Assembly: GCF_009914755.1 (NCBI RefSeq)
Contig: NC_060925.1
DNA: 64,000 bases
Origin: the human T2T-CHM13v2.0 reference genome, Homo sapiens
Direction: 5' to 3' (one strand)
Shown here piece after piece: positions 1 to 14,860 of the stretch. The position numbers and the translations under genes were made by a program. Below the pieces are notes generated by a model. That model ran no database searches. It had not been told where the DNA came from and was given only the letters and a program-made list of their open reading frames with translations. Position 1 is the stretch's first letter, and each line of letters starts with the position of its first letter.

Positions 1-1598
1 ACTAATTCTGGTGCAGCTGTGATTGCTAATCAAAATTCTAACATTATACAACCTTTTCCCCCTTAGTATTTCATTTTATTTTTAGTTACAAAATAATAAA
101 TTTCAATGGTAAGTTCATAACAATGGTCAAAACATTAATGCAAAGATTTTTTAAAATGTAAGCCCTTTCCTTTGAAAATAAGGAGGTATTCTTACTGTGT
201 AGTTTCAATATGAATAACAAGAAAACAAAGCATTTTAGCTGAATTACAAAGGTCTATAATTGCTGTATTACATCAACATTGTGAAGCACTTAACTGCTTC
301 ATAATCCTAAATTGCTACTATTTCAACCATCTATTTTTGAAGTGTCTGGTTATTTGGTATTATAAAAATGAAAAAATAAAAAAAATCCTCAGAATGCCTG
401 AAGTCTTTTAACACAAAATGGGAGTGAAACTTCCTTATTGTTTTATCTTCAAAGAATTGATATCACATCCCCAATTTATGTCATAAGTAAAAGCTAATTA
501 GTTCTCATTCTTGCCTTTATTGATATATACTCCCCAACAAACTGTACTGTTAACATCATCCAATATAGTCCATGTATGTTTTACAGGCCAGAATGGAGTT
601 ATGTTTTGGGTTTTTGTTTTTGTTTTTTTTTGTCTTTCTAAAATCATTTGTTCTTTTCTACTTCATAAAACAAATATAAAAACAAATCACCAATTTATAC
701 ACAACAAAAAATGTATTCTGTCTCTATGTATATACACATTCAACAGGCCTTAAGCTGAATCTAAAATAAAATCTTTGGTATGTGTTATAGTATCAATTAT
801 GGTATGTTATTTGCATATACTATCACAAAGCTTTAATTTGGTATATCAAGAAAACAGATGAAATTTATTATTTCAAGTTGTTGATTGAGTTTAATAAAAA
901 CTCAGATGTAAAAACATAACATTTTTTATGGTTTAACAGGGTAGACTGTGTCCAAAATTAATCTGAAAACAAATTTAGAAGTTCCATGGCCTTTTCTCAA
1001 GAACACTAAATAAAAAATGAAAAATACAAATCTAATTTATCTATCCTTTCTGAGCCTCACCTACCTCAGGGGGTTACTGTATTGATTAATGCTAATATGA
1101 TCACTATAATAACAACTAAATTTACCGACACTATGAAGCACTGCGCAAAGCACTTAAAACATTAACTGAGTTAATCTTCAAAAATTACAATAAGGTTGAT
1201 GCTATTACAATTCCTGATTTACAGATGAGCAAATAAAATCATCAGAGATGTAAATAAGTTGTCCACAGTCACATAGCTAGTGAATGGAAGAGGTAGAATT
1301 AGAACCAGGTAGTCTAATACCAAAACCCACATTCTTAGCTCCTGTTAAGTACTGTATAGACCATAAATTATTATATGAGCATAAGGTATTGATACAAACA
1401 TAGGCACTCTGTCACCCAACTGCTGCCCTAAAATTTACATTGTTTATTAATAATGTTGGAAGAGGTATACTTCACTCTGTAAAAAAATTTCTGTTAGGAT
1501 GTTCTCAGGTGACTACAGTCCCAATTCTGTAAATTCTTTACTGTCGGAAGAAAATGCCCTCAGAAAGCAATACATTTTTTCCCAACTCTCCATAATAG

Positions 1599-2749
1599 TG
1601 AAATGGGAAAAGTTCCCTTGTCCCCCTCTCAGGGCGTGTGATGGTGGTGTGGATTGCTTCTTCAGTGCCCCGCTACTCAAACCTCTAGGGGAGCATACAG
1701 ACTGGCAGGCTGTGGGGCTCTGACCCCATGGCAGTGTCTAGAGATGAATGTTTACAACTGAAGCCCCAGTGGGCATGTGTTACAGGGTGCTCTTTTAGTT
1801 TAGCCATCCATAGGCGGCTTGTGTTAGTCAGCTCAATTAGACCCCTGCCTTATCGCAAGGACAGAGAGCTTTCTGTATCCCAGGGTTCTTGCCTTAGTGT
1901 ACTGGAAGAATCAGATTACACGTGGGCTTGGAGAATGAGTACAAGGTTTTATTGAGCGCAAGTAGCTCTCAGCAGATGGGATAGCCAGAAGGGAGATGGT
2001 TTTCCCCTGGAGTCCGACCGCTCAGCGGCCCGGGCTCTCCTCTGACTACCCCAGCCAAACTTGGCCTCGTCCAGCCAAACTTGGCCTTATCCAGCCAGTC
2101 GATGGCCTGTGGGCGTGCCAGCTGACGTGTGCTCTTCTGCTGGTCTTCCGCTGGCGTGCTCCCCTCGATGTCCTCTCGCTGTCCAGCTGTTTGTGTCTTC
2201 TGCTGATGTGTTCTTCTTGACGTCTAGCCACTTGTGTGCCTGCCTGCTAGGGTCTCGAGGGTTTGTTTTTTTTTTTTTTTTTGAGACAGAGTCTCCCTCT
2301 GTTGAGAAGTGCAATGGCACAATCTCAGCTCACTGCAACCTCCACCTCCTGGGTTCAAGTGATTCTCCTGCCTCAGCCTCCTGAGTAGCTGGGATTACAG
2401 GTGCGTGCCACCACGCCCGGCTAATTTTTGTATTTTTAGTAGAGACGGGGTTTCACCATGTTGGCCAGGATGGTCTCCAACTCCTGACCTCGTGATCCGC
2501 CTGCCTCGGCCTCCCAAAGTGCTGGAATTACAGGCATGAGCCACCGTGCCTGGCCGGTCTTGAGGATTTTTATAGGCACAGGATGGGGGCGTGGCTGGCC
2601 AGGGTGGTCTTAGGAAATGCAACATTTGGGCGCAAAGACAGGAGTACCTGTCCTCACCTAGGTCTGTGGGCACAGGCCTGCGGGGGTAGAGCCCTTACCA
2701 GGGACCTGCCTTTCCCTTCCCAGCACTTCCCTGCCCTCCTTCCGTATCA
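1599..2749 (-). mobile_element. ERV1 (MER4-group) solo LTR with an inserted Alu
   Basis: TG...CA ends, near 4-bp TSD atag/gtag, GC-rich LTR-like sequence. Subfamily not assigned. Confidence 0.7.
2265..2555 (-). mobile_element. AluS
   Basis: Alu consensus with T-tail; TSD ggtctcgagggttt / ggtcttgaggattt. Confidence 0.92.
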
Positions 2750-3459
2750 GTAGTTCCCTTGTATAGATTTTCTGTTACCAAAGGTATATCTTTGCTATTA
2801 ATAGGGACTTAAATTTGTGTTAAATAGTACCTGCATGATGGGTGTATTTTTTAAATATTAAGTATTATGTTTTATATAATTTTCTTTCCCATAGGCTTAT
2901 CCCTTAAGCAAACAACTTTAAACTTTTTGATGGCAGCATTCTATCTTACTGGTTTTATGTTGCCTCCAACTAACACAGATTTGCTACTTCATTTATCCAT
3001 TGAGATATTACTCTGTAGACTTTGGGAATAGTAAGAGCCATTTTCTCCACTTAGAATCTCAGAGACAAGTAGGAGAGTTTTATTGAGATACTTGACTTAA
3101 TTGAATCTTTGATGATAATTTTGGGTCATGATTAATATTGATTACTAGGTGGAACCCCAAAAAAGCTGAAATTTAAGGTGCTCTTACTAATATAGATGCC
3201 ATGGTGTATACTCCTGAATGACTTGATATGAGCAGTATCATATCAAAAAATTCACTCACAGTATATAATTCAAGAGTTTTACAACCATCACAATAATTTA
3301 ATTTTAGAACATTCTCATCACACAAAAAATAAATCTTGTACCCATGAGCAGTCACTCCCCAGCACCAGCATCTAAGTAACTACTACTCATCTACTTTCTG
3401 TCTCTTTATATTTGCCTGTTCCTCGCCTTTCATATAAATGGAACAATACAAAAGGTGGC

Positions 3460-3868
3460 TGTATTAGTCCATTCTCACGATGCTATAAAGAAATACCCAA
3501 GACTAGGCTGTTTATAAAGAAAAGAGGTTTAATTGGCTCATGGTTCTGTACAGGAAGTATAGCAGCTTCTGCTTCTGGGGAGGCCTCAGCAAACTTAGAA
3601 TCATGGCAGAAGAAAAATGGGGAGCCAGCGCTTCACATGGCTGGAGCAGGAGGAAGAGAGAGAGTGGGCAAGTGCTACACACGTTTAAACAGCCAAATCT
3701 CATGATAACTCACTCACTATCACGAGAACAGCACCAAGGGGAATGTGCCAACTCATTCATGAGAACTCCACCCACATGACTCAATCACCTCCCACCAGGT
3801 GCCTTCTCCAACAATGGGGATTACAATTCAACATGAGATTTGGGTGGGGACACAGCCAAACCATATCA
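3460..3868 (-). mobile_element. MST (MaLR) solo LTR
   Basis: tgtattagtcc...ccatatca, with 5-bp TSD GTGGC. Confidence 0.88.
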
Positions 3869-3948
3869 GTGGCTTTTTGTTACTGGTTTCTTTCACTTAG
3901 CATAGTGTTTTGAAGGTTCTTCCTTATTGTAGAATTCCTTTTTATTGC

Positions 3949-4355
3949 TGTGTTAGGCCATTCTAGTGTTACCATAAGGAAATACCTGAGACTGGGTAAT
4001 TTATAAAGAAATGAGGTTTAATTACCTTACAGTTCTGCAGTTCCAATAAGCATGATGCCAGCATCTTCTCGGCTTCTGGGGAGGCTTCAGGGAGCTTTTA
4101 CCCATGGTGGAAGGCAAAGTGGGAACCAGCACTTCACATGGTGAAAGCAGGAGCAAGAGAGAGTCGGTGGGGGGGAGATGCCACACACTTAAAACAACCA
4201 GGTCTCAGGAGTACTCACTCACTGTGACAAAGACAGCCCCGAGCCGTGAGGGATCCACCCCATCACCCAAACGCTTGCCACCAGGCCCCACCTCCAACAT
4301 TGGGGATTATATCTCAGCATGAGATTAGGTGGGGGCAAATATCCAAACCATATCA
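3949..4355 (-). mobile_element. MST (MaLR) solo LTR
   Basis: tgtgttaggcc...ccatatca, with 5-bp TSD ATTGC. Confidence 0.88.
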
Positions 4356-4951
4356 ATTGCCAAATAGTATTAAATTGTATAGATGTACCACATTTTGTTT
4401 ATCGTTCATCACTTGATGGTCACTTGGGTTCTTTCTACCTTTTGGCTACTATATGAGTAATGCTGATGTGAATATATGTACAAAAAATCGTTGTGTGGAT
4501 ACATGTTTTTATCTCCTTTGAGTAAATACAAATGTACAAGTCAAATTGCAGGGTCATATTGTAACTCTGTTTTTACAATTTTGATAACTGTTTTTTGAAA
4601 TGATTGTACCATTGTACGTTTCTATCTGCAATTTATGAAAATTCCTGTTTTTTCATACCTACCGATACTTACTATTGTCTATATTCTTATCATAGATATT
4701 TTAATGGGGTATAAAGTGGTATCTGACTGTGATTTGGGGGAAATTTTTTTAAATAAAGAATTAAATACTGTGTTAAGTGCTATGGAAACTAGATGCAGAA
4801 TGGTGCCACAAAGGAAGGGATTGTTAAACAGACCAGAAAAGGTTTTATACTAGAACTGAAGTCTTGGACATTGAAAACAAAGGATATCTCCATGTTGATG
4901 TTGGAAACAACATTATAGCAAACACCACTGAAGCATAAAAATATGCATCTA

Positions 4952-5330
<379 letters not shown>

Positions 5331-5661
5331 TCATGAAATCAGTTTAGTAGGTCTTGACAAACACTAAAAAAGTGATGTGCCATGACAAATATTTAGGAAA
5401 AACAAATTGTATTTCTTATAAAATATGGTTATTGCACATACTAAGAATATTACTTAATGACTCTTTTCCCCCCATAATTTAAGACATATACTTTTAAAAT
5501 GTATTTATGGTGTGGGTTCTGGTTCAAGAGTTTGAAATTCACAGGTCTAGAGTGTACATTGAAGGACAAAAAAGTCATGAAAACATGTTACCCTAGTGTG
5601 GACTCTAGAAATATCAAGCATGTTAGAAAAAATTTTCATTGACCGTCTATGAATAATATGA

Positions 5662-5973
<312 letters not shown>

Positions 5974-8267
5974 CATGTATGAATCCTTTAAAGCTATAGT
6001 ATTGTAACAATTTTTTAATCATTGTTTTTTTTTAGCCTGAGTAGATGCCTTGTAAAACTATCTAGGTCGGTGTTTCTCAGCCTTTTTTCATCATTGCTCC
6101 CCTACAGAGATCATTTCAATTTAATTTAAATAAATCAATAAATTAATTAATTTGAAAATAATCTCTATATAATAGGGTACTATGTTCACTATTTGTGGGA
6201 TGGGTTCAATAGAAGCCCAAACCTCACCATCACACAATATAACAATTATATAACTATAATTGTTACCGTTATATCCATGTGACAAACCTGCATATGTACC
6301 CACTAAGTCTTAAAAAAAATTCTACCTAATGAGAAGATAAATACAAAGGAATAAGTTTTTTGTCAGGTAGGGTTGTGTTTTGGTAACCCATAAAACGTAA
6401 TAGTGAAGATATTTTTGCCATCACTCCAAAAACCACTTGTGGCTCATTTGGGCGTGACATTGTCCGAGTTGAGAATGCATATCTAGCTTATTCCTATTTT
6501 GTTTAAAATTAGAGGACTTAGAATTTTTACCTCAGCCCATGAAGGAGTAGCTGCTAAAGGACTTGCTTTCCTGCCAGAAATAATTAGAACACTGGAAAAA
6601 AAAATGTAAGAAAAAACTATTTTGAGTCATTGGACAGTAGGCAGGGCAGGGATATGATCCATGAGAGAAAGCAAACGAATGAGGAAATACCTATGAAGAC
6701 CCCAGCTTATTACTTAGAGACAATTTTGAGGCTGCAATGCAAGGAGGGAAAACCAAAATGGAATCTGGCAGTCTCCAAAAATATTGATTGAAATTAACAT
6801 TGTAATTTTGGACAATCTTCCTTTCAAAATTTAATAGGGAATTATTTATCAAGAGTCTTTTAGTTTCAGTATAGTTGAACAAAGTAAAAAGAAATTCTGG
6901 TCTTTGTTGATATTGAGTTGTCCTCATAGTATTTTAAAGGTGATAAAATATATATTGTTAAATTTAATTCTAGATTTATCTAGTTTGGTTTTGTGAAGTT
7001 TTCTGAGGAATACCAATTATCTTTTTAATTTTGTCCTCAAAAATTGCTGCATTATTTAGGATAATTCAGTGAATTTAAAGCAATGGATTTGAAATATCTA
7101 CTCTGTATATTTTAAACCAGATCAGCCTTTTAGCAGGAACACTTGTCATTTCATTTAATTGTTTAGGCAATTTTGTGAATAAAACACCCTCCAGTGTCCC
7201 CTAAAAGAAATCTGAAGTCATTTTCAGAATCATAATTTAGAGTCATAATATCATGTAGTCAGATTAGAAGGAAATTTTTAAAATAATTGTTTTCTTGGCT
7301 TTTTTCTAACAGCCTGGTATTTCTGTGACATGTTTCAGTTGGAAGAGTTTTATAACTGAATAGTCACACCTCTTGATATCACGTACTCTTTATTTTCTTA
7401 ATGTTACAACAGAAAATATAGTGTGAGTTCATGACATGGGAACCCAGAGGTTTCACTGCCCTGCCAGTCATGGTTGGGTCACATTGAATACCTCTGCAAC
7501 AATTATTTTGCCCTTTATTCAACAAACTGTTTAAAAATTGTGATGTAGCAACTGCATTTCAAGCAAGTTGCTGGGCACTGCAGGTACAAAGATAAGAGAC
7601 AGTTTCTGCTCTTTCAGGAAGCTCACATTAACATCTAAACAGAGATAGAAAAGTTAATGTTAAATGTTAACATAGTGCAATACATTGTAAATGATGGAAG
7701 CAACGTGTGCTGTAGAAATAAGTACTTAGGACCACTTAACCCAACATGCATGCATAGATGGATGTGTTTGGGGAGAGCGTGGTTATGTTTGGGGATGGGG
7801 TGACAAATGCAACTGGGAAGGATAGGAGAGAGTGAATCTTTGAAATTCTTCAAAGAGGTAACAACTAAGCTGATTCTTGCAGGATAATATGTGAACTTAC
7901 CCAAGTAAAAAGGAGGAGGAAGTGAAGGATATCACAGGCCAAGGGAAGGGCATGTACCAAAGAGAGCATAAAAGACCATAGCGCATTGAGGAAATTGCCA
8001 GTGTACGGCTGTGACTGGATTGAGGGGTATAAGTATTCTGAGAAGGAGAGGCTGAGAGATAAAGCTGGAGCAGGAGCTGGATGTCTGAGACTTTTCTTAG
8101 TGCATGCTAAAAAACATTTAGGATATCGTCTTGAAAGTAATGTGTATACCTTTAAAGAGTATAGAACCGGCTCTGAAGAACTATAATACTATATGATATG
8201 AACAAAACATTTTGTCCCTGGAACCGGAGCAAGACTAAGTCTGCTTCTGGGTATAGTTAAGGATGTT

Positions 8268-8600
8268 CAGGCATACCTGAGAGATACTGCAGGTGCAGTT
8301 CCAAACTGTTGGAATAAAGTAAATTTTGCAATAAAGCAAGTAACACGATATTTTTGGTTTCCTAGTACATATAAGTGTTATGTTTATACAATACTGTAGT
8401 ATATTAAGTGTGTACTAGTATTATGCCAAAAACAATTTACATACCTTAATTAATACTTCATTGCTAGAAAAATGAGCACATGCTGTTGGGAAAATGGCAC
8501 TAGTAGACTTGCTTGATGTAGGGTTGCCACAGACCTTCAGTGTAACTGCTGTATCTTTGAAGCACAATAAAGCAAAGCACAATAAAACATGATATGTCTG
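8268..8600 (-). mobile_element. Internally deleted Tigger1-type DNA transposon
   Basis: Terminal inverted repeats caggcatacct... and ...gatatgtctg. Confidence 0.75.
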
Positions 8601-9900
8601 TGGTTTTTAATGTGATATAGAATAAACACAGTTGGAGAGATAAAACTATAGCCTCAGCCTCATAAGCATCATGAACTACCCAACTACCTAGTATCCAAAG
8701 CACTTCACAAAACAGAATAAACAATATCATAGTAATCCTATAATCATAATAGCACTATAGTTTGTAGGAAGTTTGAATTAAAACCTGACAAGCATATGAT
8801 AGTGAAACATCTAGACAGTCTTGATTAAAGATGAATATGATTAAGCATAGGAATTAGATTCATTTGGAAAAAAGTCATGCTGAGCTCAGTTGTGGAAATT
8901 CCTCGATGCTATTTGTAGAGAGAAAAGTTAACGTTAAATGTTAAGATTTTCAGTTTCTATTTGACAGCAGCAGGAATTCAGTTTAAGGAGCAAAGCAAAG
9001 CAGTTGAGTAAATGTAGTTGTTAGAATATTTAAAAGTGTTTTCCATCTAAGAAAGAGTTAAACTTGGAATATGTGGGGTTAAATTTTAGAAATCATGATA
9101 TTTGGTGCATATTTGAGTTTTAAGTTGTATTGGAAACGTAAATGTTTTCAAGCCATAGAGCCATTCTAGGTGACATCAGTCTTCCAGTCTTTCTCCTCCC
9201 AAGTCCATACATCGAGCCAAACCATTGGCAGCTAGGAAATAATGGAGACCAACCCTTATTCTAAGCAAAGTTGAGAACCGAAGAGACTACTAGGAATTCT
9301 ATCCACCGAGGTTTTCCTTTTCTATTATCTTTCAGGGCCACCTCTGAAAGGTACTAGAATACCAGAACATTTCGCTTCTGTTGGTGTTGGTATATCACTA
9401 GATATAATTTTTCTACTCAGTTAGCTAGTCATGATGTATTCCCCGTGAGACTATGAGTGTAGATAAGCAAGAGAAAACAGGCATAACTATAAGACCTACC
9501 TATCTCTTAGAGCCTACTTAGCCTGATAATTATCATCCAATATATGCCAACTTTTGTTAAAGATGGTTTGCAGCTGGACATCCTCAACTTTATAGCTAGG
9601 AGATCACATGTCATCTGTTTCATACTGGACAGGTTGGACCACATTGCTAACTGGTGTTCCTTGGTCTTCCAGATAGCCTCTGTTTGATACTAATAGTAGA
9701 CCAAGAGCTGTTTCTCAAAACAGAAATGCTTTTCACTTTACTTGCTGATGTGAGTATGGTCTTGCTTTACAGCTCTAAGGGTCAAGAAATGAGAGGCAGT
9801 GAATTGATTTTTCACTAGAGAAATAGATGTACTGAATAAGATTGTACTGGTAGAAAGTTGGTAGCTATACGTGCAGTCTGGTTTGAGTAATGGGTTATTT

Positions 9901-10213
9901 CTTTTTTTTTTTTCTTTTTTTGAGACGGATTTTCACTCAGTCACCCAAGCTGGAGTGCAGTGGCATGATCTCTCCTGATTGCAACCTCCACCTCCCAGGT
10001 TCAAGAAATCCTCCCACTTCACCCTCCCAAGTAGTTGGGATTGTAGGCATGTGCCACCATGCCCAGCTAATTTTTGGGGTTTTTTTGTATTTTTAGTAGA
10101 GATAGGGCCTCACTATCTTGGCCAGGCTGGTCTCAAACTCCTAACCTCAAGTGATCCACCCACCTCGGCCTCCCAGAGAGCTGGGATACAGGCGTGAGCC
10201 GCCATGCCCAGCC
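9901..10213 (-). mobile_element. Alu
   Basis: Alu consensus; TSD gagtaatgg(g/a)ttatttc. Confidence 0.92.
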
Positions 10214-10344
10214 GAGTAATGGATTATTTCAAACCATCAGGAAAATAAATTAATTAAAGATTAGACTTTCAAGGCGTGACATAAAAATGATCTGAACTTT
10301 TTTTTCTAATAAAATGTATCTGAAGGTGCAAAAGAAGATTATAT

Positions 10345-10928
10345 ATTTATTTTATAACAGGGTCATGCTCTGTGGCTCAGGTTGGAGTGTAGTGGCACAA
10401 TCATAGCTCACTGCAGCCTCAATCTCCTGGGCTCAAACGATCGTCTTTTAGTAGCTGCAGTTACAGGTGTGTGCCACAATGCTCAGCTAATTTTCAATTT
10501 TTTTTTTTTTGAGACAGGGTCTCACTGTGTTGCCCAGGCTGGAGTGCAGTGGTGTGATCATGGCTCACTGCTACCTTGACCTCCTGGGCTCAAGTGATCC
10601 TCCCACCTCAGCCTCCTGAGTAGCTGGGACCATAGACACACGTCACCACCCCTGGCTAATTTTGTATTTTTTGTAGAGATGAACTTTCGCCACATTGCCC
10701 AGGCTTAGTCTCGAACTCCTGGGCACAAGCTGTCAGTCCACCTTGGCCTCCCAAAGTTCTGGAATTACAAGTGTGAGCCATTGCACCTGGCCAGATTTTT
10801 AATTTTTTGTAGAGACGGAGTCTCACTATGTTGCCCAGGCTGGACTGGAACTCTTGGTCCCAAGCAATCCTCCCACCTTGGCCTCCTAAAATGTTGGGAT
10901 TATAGACGGGAGTCATCATGCCTGGCCT
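10345..10928 (-). mobile_element. Nested Alus (an Alu at about 10497-10792 inserted in the linker of an AluJ)
   Basis: Right arm, complete Alu, then left arm, in that order. Confidence 0.85.
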
Positions 10929-12039
10929 AGAAGATAATTTTTGAAAATCTATAGGCCTCCACTGCAATTTTACCATCAGGGCTTCCCAATGATATTTTTT
11001 AGCGCCATTACTTACAACAGACATTTTAGCGCCACTTGGTTTGCTGGGTCTCAAAGGTCAGGCGTAGAGCCTCCTCTACTGTATCCTCAGTCATCTGGAG
11101 AGACTTACCTTGCTCTGCATGATACTCAAAGCTATTAGCTTTTTAGTTTACCTTATAAATGGATAAGAGCTATATATTAAAATATAGAATGTGCTGATTT
11201 CAAAGTGTAAAGAGGCCAACAAAGCTTTTTGTCTCCTTGTTAGGAAACAGACAAGGAATATAAATTCTCTTTGACTTTGGGAGGAATATTCTTATCATAT
11301 CCCTGGATCCTTGGGAACATTATTGACATGGCAAGCCCATGTATTTTTGTAGGATTTAGTTCTCGATTCTGTCTCATGTGTGTATCTTAACCAAGGCACT
11401 TCATCTCTCAACTCTTCTACTCTCCTGGTCATAATAGCTTGCTGTCATCAGAGCAAGCTTGATCCTTCAAGGAAAAGTAATATGGAATATTGAGGCAGCC
11501 AAGGTTTCTGCAGAGCAGATCGTGGCATAGAACAAGAATTCTTTGTTTCCTTAAAGCAGGTCAGTAAATGTATTCCTGTCCTTGCCAGGTGAAGACAACC
11601 TGTTAACTTTTATTCTTTCTGGATAAATATAAAGGAAAAGAGCATTCGTAGGTTAAAGCTACATATCAGATACCAAAGCTGTCTTAATTTGCTCAATAAG
11701 AAGACTCCATCTGGAGCAACAACTGCAGTTGAAGTCATCTTCTAATTAAGTTTATGATAATCTGCCATCATTTTTCAAGCCGACTAATTTTTGCAGTAGC
11801 CAAACTAGTGAAAGCATTTGTCAAACCTGCAATTCTCTAATCTCCGATGGTAGACTAGTCTCTGCCTTTCTTTTGAGATGCCGTGTTACTGGAGAAAGGA
11901 AGCTCTGTTGGTTTTCAGCTGTCCTTTCCTGTACCATGCAGGCACTGCCTAGAATGCCAAAGTTTGGATTCCACCAATTGCTAAGAATATACATTCTAAT
12001 TATAAACCCAAGAACTGGAAAAATAACAACAATGTCATT

Positions 12040-13020
12040 TCTTAGCATTATCCTTAGGTATTTGATGTTACCTGATGCTATTATATGTGAGATTTTTAAA
12101 ATTTTTGCTTTCTAATTGATCGAGTGTAGAAATTCATTTTTTAAAATATTGATCACATTGCCAGTGAATTTGCTAAATTTACCAACTCTTAGTAGATTAT
12201 CTCTAAATTATTTTGGGTTTTCTACATCACAATCATCATCTGAGACTAATGACTGTTATTTTTCTCTTTCCAATCATTTTACATCTTCTTTTTCTCCCCT
12301 TATTGCCCTGGCTAGGACCTTTAATACATTGTTGACTAGAAGTGGTGATAACAGTCATCCTTGTCATTCCTGATCTCAGAGGTAAAACTTTCAACATTTC
12401 ACCATTAAATACGATGTTTGCTTTAGGACTTTCATGGATACCTTTTAGGAGATAAAGGAAATTGCTTTCTATTCCTAGTGCACTGAGAGATTTTATCATG
12501 AATGGATAATGAATTTTATCAAATGCTTTTAGTAAGTCTTTTACAATTATCATATTACTTTTTATATTTGTTCTTTCAGTGCAATAAATTAGATTGATTA
12601 GTTCTTAAATGTTACATCTTAAATGTTAAATGTTGCATGTATAGGATAACTGCATTCCAAGTTGATTGTGATATGGTACCCTGTTTACATAACTCTGGGT
12701 TAGATTTGCTAAAATTTTGTATAGATTTTTTGTATCTGTGTTCACGGGAGAGATTGGTTTATACTTTTTCTTTCTTGTAAGATACTTTTCAGGTCCTGAT
12801 GTCAAGGTTATTATGGCCTCATAAAATAAGTAGTCCCTCTTTTTTGTATCACCTGAAAAATTTTGTGTAAAATTGTTATTTTTTCCCTTCTTTAAATAAT
12901 AAGTTCACCAGTGAAGCTCTCTCTGGGCCTGGAATTTTCTTTATTGGGGAGGTTTTAAAATAAGGATTCAATTTCTGTAATAGATAAAAGATTATATAAT
13001 TTCCTGTTTCTTCATGGATT
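12040..13020 (-). mobile_element. Old L1M ORF2 fragment (resumes in pieces 14860-17330)
   Basis: ORF 12236-12553 KAFDKIHYPFMIKSL...KANIVFNGEMLKVLPLRSG resembles L1 ORF2 reverse transcriptase. Confidence 0.8.
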
Positions 13021-13059
13021 CATTTTGACAGATTGTGGAGTTATTTTATAGAGGTATCC

Positions 13060-14860
13060 TATCTGTTTTATTAGAGATATTCCTCACTGCATTTTATCAG
13101 GTGGGGTACAATTTTGATTTGTCCTGTTTCTCATAATGTTCACTTTGATCTCTAGTTTAAGCTGGTATCTACCAGGTTTCTCCACTGTAAAGGTACCCTT
13201 CGTAATTAAAAAAGTATTTTGTGGGAAGATACTGTGTAACTACGTACATATCCCATTCCTCAAAAAATTTTTCACTTATTCATATATTTATTTATATCTA
13301 TATGGACTCATAGTTTTCTCATTTCTTCAGTGAGCAATAATCAGTTACTATATTTATTTTGAGCTCAGATGGTTAGTGGTCAGTGGGAGCACTGTCAAGC
13401 TGATTTATTTGTCCTTTTGACATATCCCCATCAGTCTTTGAACATCTCCTCACTTTCAATACACAGACTCTTCTAGGCTCATCATGTACTTTACCTGGCC
13501 TCACCCTGGAATTAGCCATTTCTTTATAAAGAATCCTGGTTCCTATTAGTGGATAATAGATTTAGAAGCCAAGACCCAGGCGCTCAGTGGACTCACTGCT
13601 GTTGAGGTGGTGGTGGTCACAAATCTCCTCAGTGAGCAAAGCTAGAATATTTATGTGTGGGTGTATGTGCAAATATATGCACACATATATGCACATTTGC
13701 ACTAATAACTTCTATCTATGTATTTTTAAACTATGAGTTTATGTGGATTGTCCAATTCCAATCCAACACCACAGAATTTGTTTTAGTTTTTTCTTTTTTC
13801 ATATTTGTAACTCCCTTTTCCATCAGTAAGAAACCTGGCTGCCATTAACCTTAAATATATTTATTATTTGATCAGTCTGCACACATGTTCTCCCATCTCC
13901 CTGCACACATGCCCCCTTCACTCTGTTTGAGTTTGGATATCTCATGCTGCCTTTCCCACTTGTGGGTGTCCTCATGACCAGCTGAGCATGGGCTCTGATA
14001 TCCGAGGTCAGCTTGCCCCACATTGGGTGCCCTCATCGTCCTATCTAGGCCCTGACTTCCTGCCTGAGTTTTAGTACCATGGTCCAGGACTCCTCCTTAC
14101 TCCACATAGTTGCCCTCTTCACCCCACTTCGCCACACTCCAGGCCACCCTCACACTGGATACCCCGCCCATGCTGCTTAGGCTCTAGTATCCCGATAGGC
14201 CACCTGTCTGTGCAGATGCACACCTTACCCTGCTCAGGCTCTGATATACTTCACCAGATACCCCTGTGTGTGGCACCCTCCTCACCCTCCTGGATTTTCA
14301 TAGCCCACCCCAGTCGCCTGGCTCTATAGCTCTGATACTTCTCATTCTCTGACTGCACATTAGGTTGCTCTCCTTCCTCAATGCGAACACACTCCTTATC
14401 TTGTTTGGGCTCTGTTGCCCCAGGCCAGGCTGCCCTCCCATGGGGAGCTTCCTTATCCTGCCAAGGCTCTGACTCCCCTCACTGGGCCTTTCTTACCTGC
14501 TTGGGCTTCAGCATGCTCTGTAGGACTGCCCCCATGTATGTGTGATGTCTTTACCCTACTTTACACCTCAGTCTGGTCACTTTCTGAATTGAAAACCCTT
14601 CTCACCTGCCCTTGGGTTCTGACACTGCATGTTTGATTGACTCCACTCCCTGGTATGGACATGGACACCCTTCTGTCATCTCACTGGGGCCCAGGCCCTG
14701 AGATACCACACTGGGCTGGACATCTTCCCCCTTGGGCTCTAATGTGGCTCTGCACCGCTGTGGCTTCCTTTGCCACCATCAGTGCAGCCCTCTGCCTTCC
14801 TCTGCCCCACTCAGTGGCTTTAGGGCTGAAATTTTCAGAAAGAGAAGAACAAAGGTGAAA
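13060..14860 (-). mobile_element. L1MC-type 3' UTR with a degenerate tandem array of about 50-60 bp units
   Basis: Recurrent CCTCACCCTGCT(T/C)GGGCTCTGA-like motif at 13900-14840. Homologous to 58040-58990. Confidence 0.6.

Larger units (their letters stand above)
3260..4740 (-). mobile_element. Old L1M 3' fragment hosting two MST LTRs
   Basis: Antisense L1M 3'-end motifs such as tttctgtctct...tttgcct, cttagcatagtgttttgaagg and gtaccacattttgtttatc. Confidence 0.65.
9160..11990 (-). mobile_element. Ancient ERVL-class internal (pol) remnant, interrupted by Alus
   Basis: Degraded minus-strand peptides in ERVL pol order: DYHKLN..., FTWQGQEY..., WEALMVKLQWRPIDF, FEKQLLVYY, ANGLA...TWEEKDWK. Boundaries approximate. 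Confidence 0.7.

Noticed and set aside
3460-4355. Two same-orientation MST LTRs as ends of one provirus
   Set aside because: Each has its own TSD (GTGGC and ATTGC) and the 80 bp between them is host L1 sequence, so they are independent solo LTRs.
13900-14840. Repeat-and-spacer look resembling a CRISPR array
   Set aside because: Eukaryotic intron, highly degenerate units, irregular spacing and no cas genes. It fits an old L1 3' UTR tandem region.
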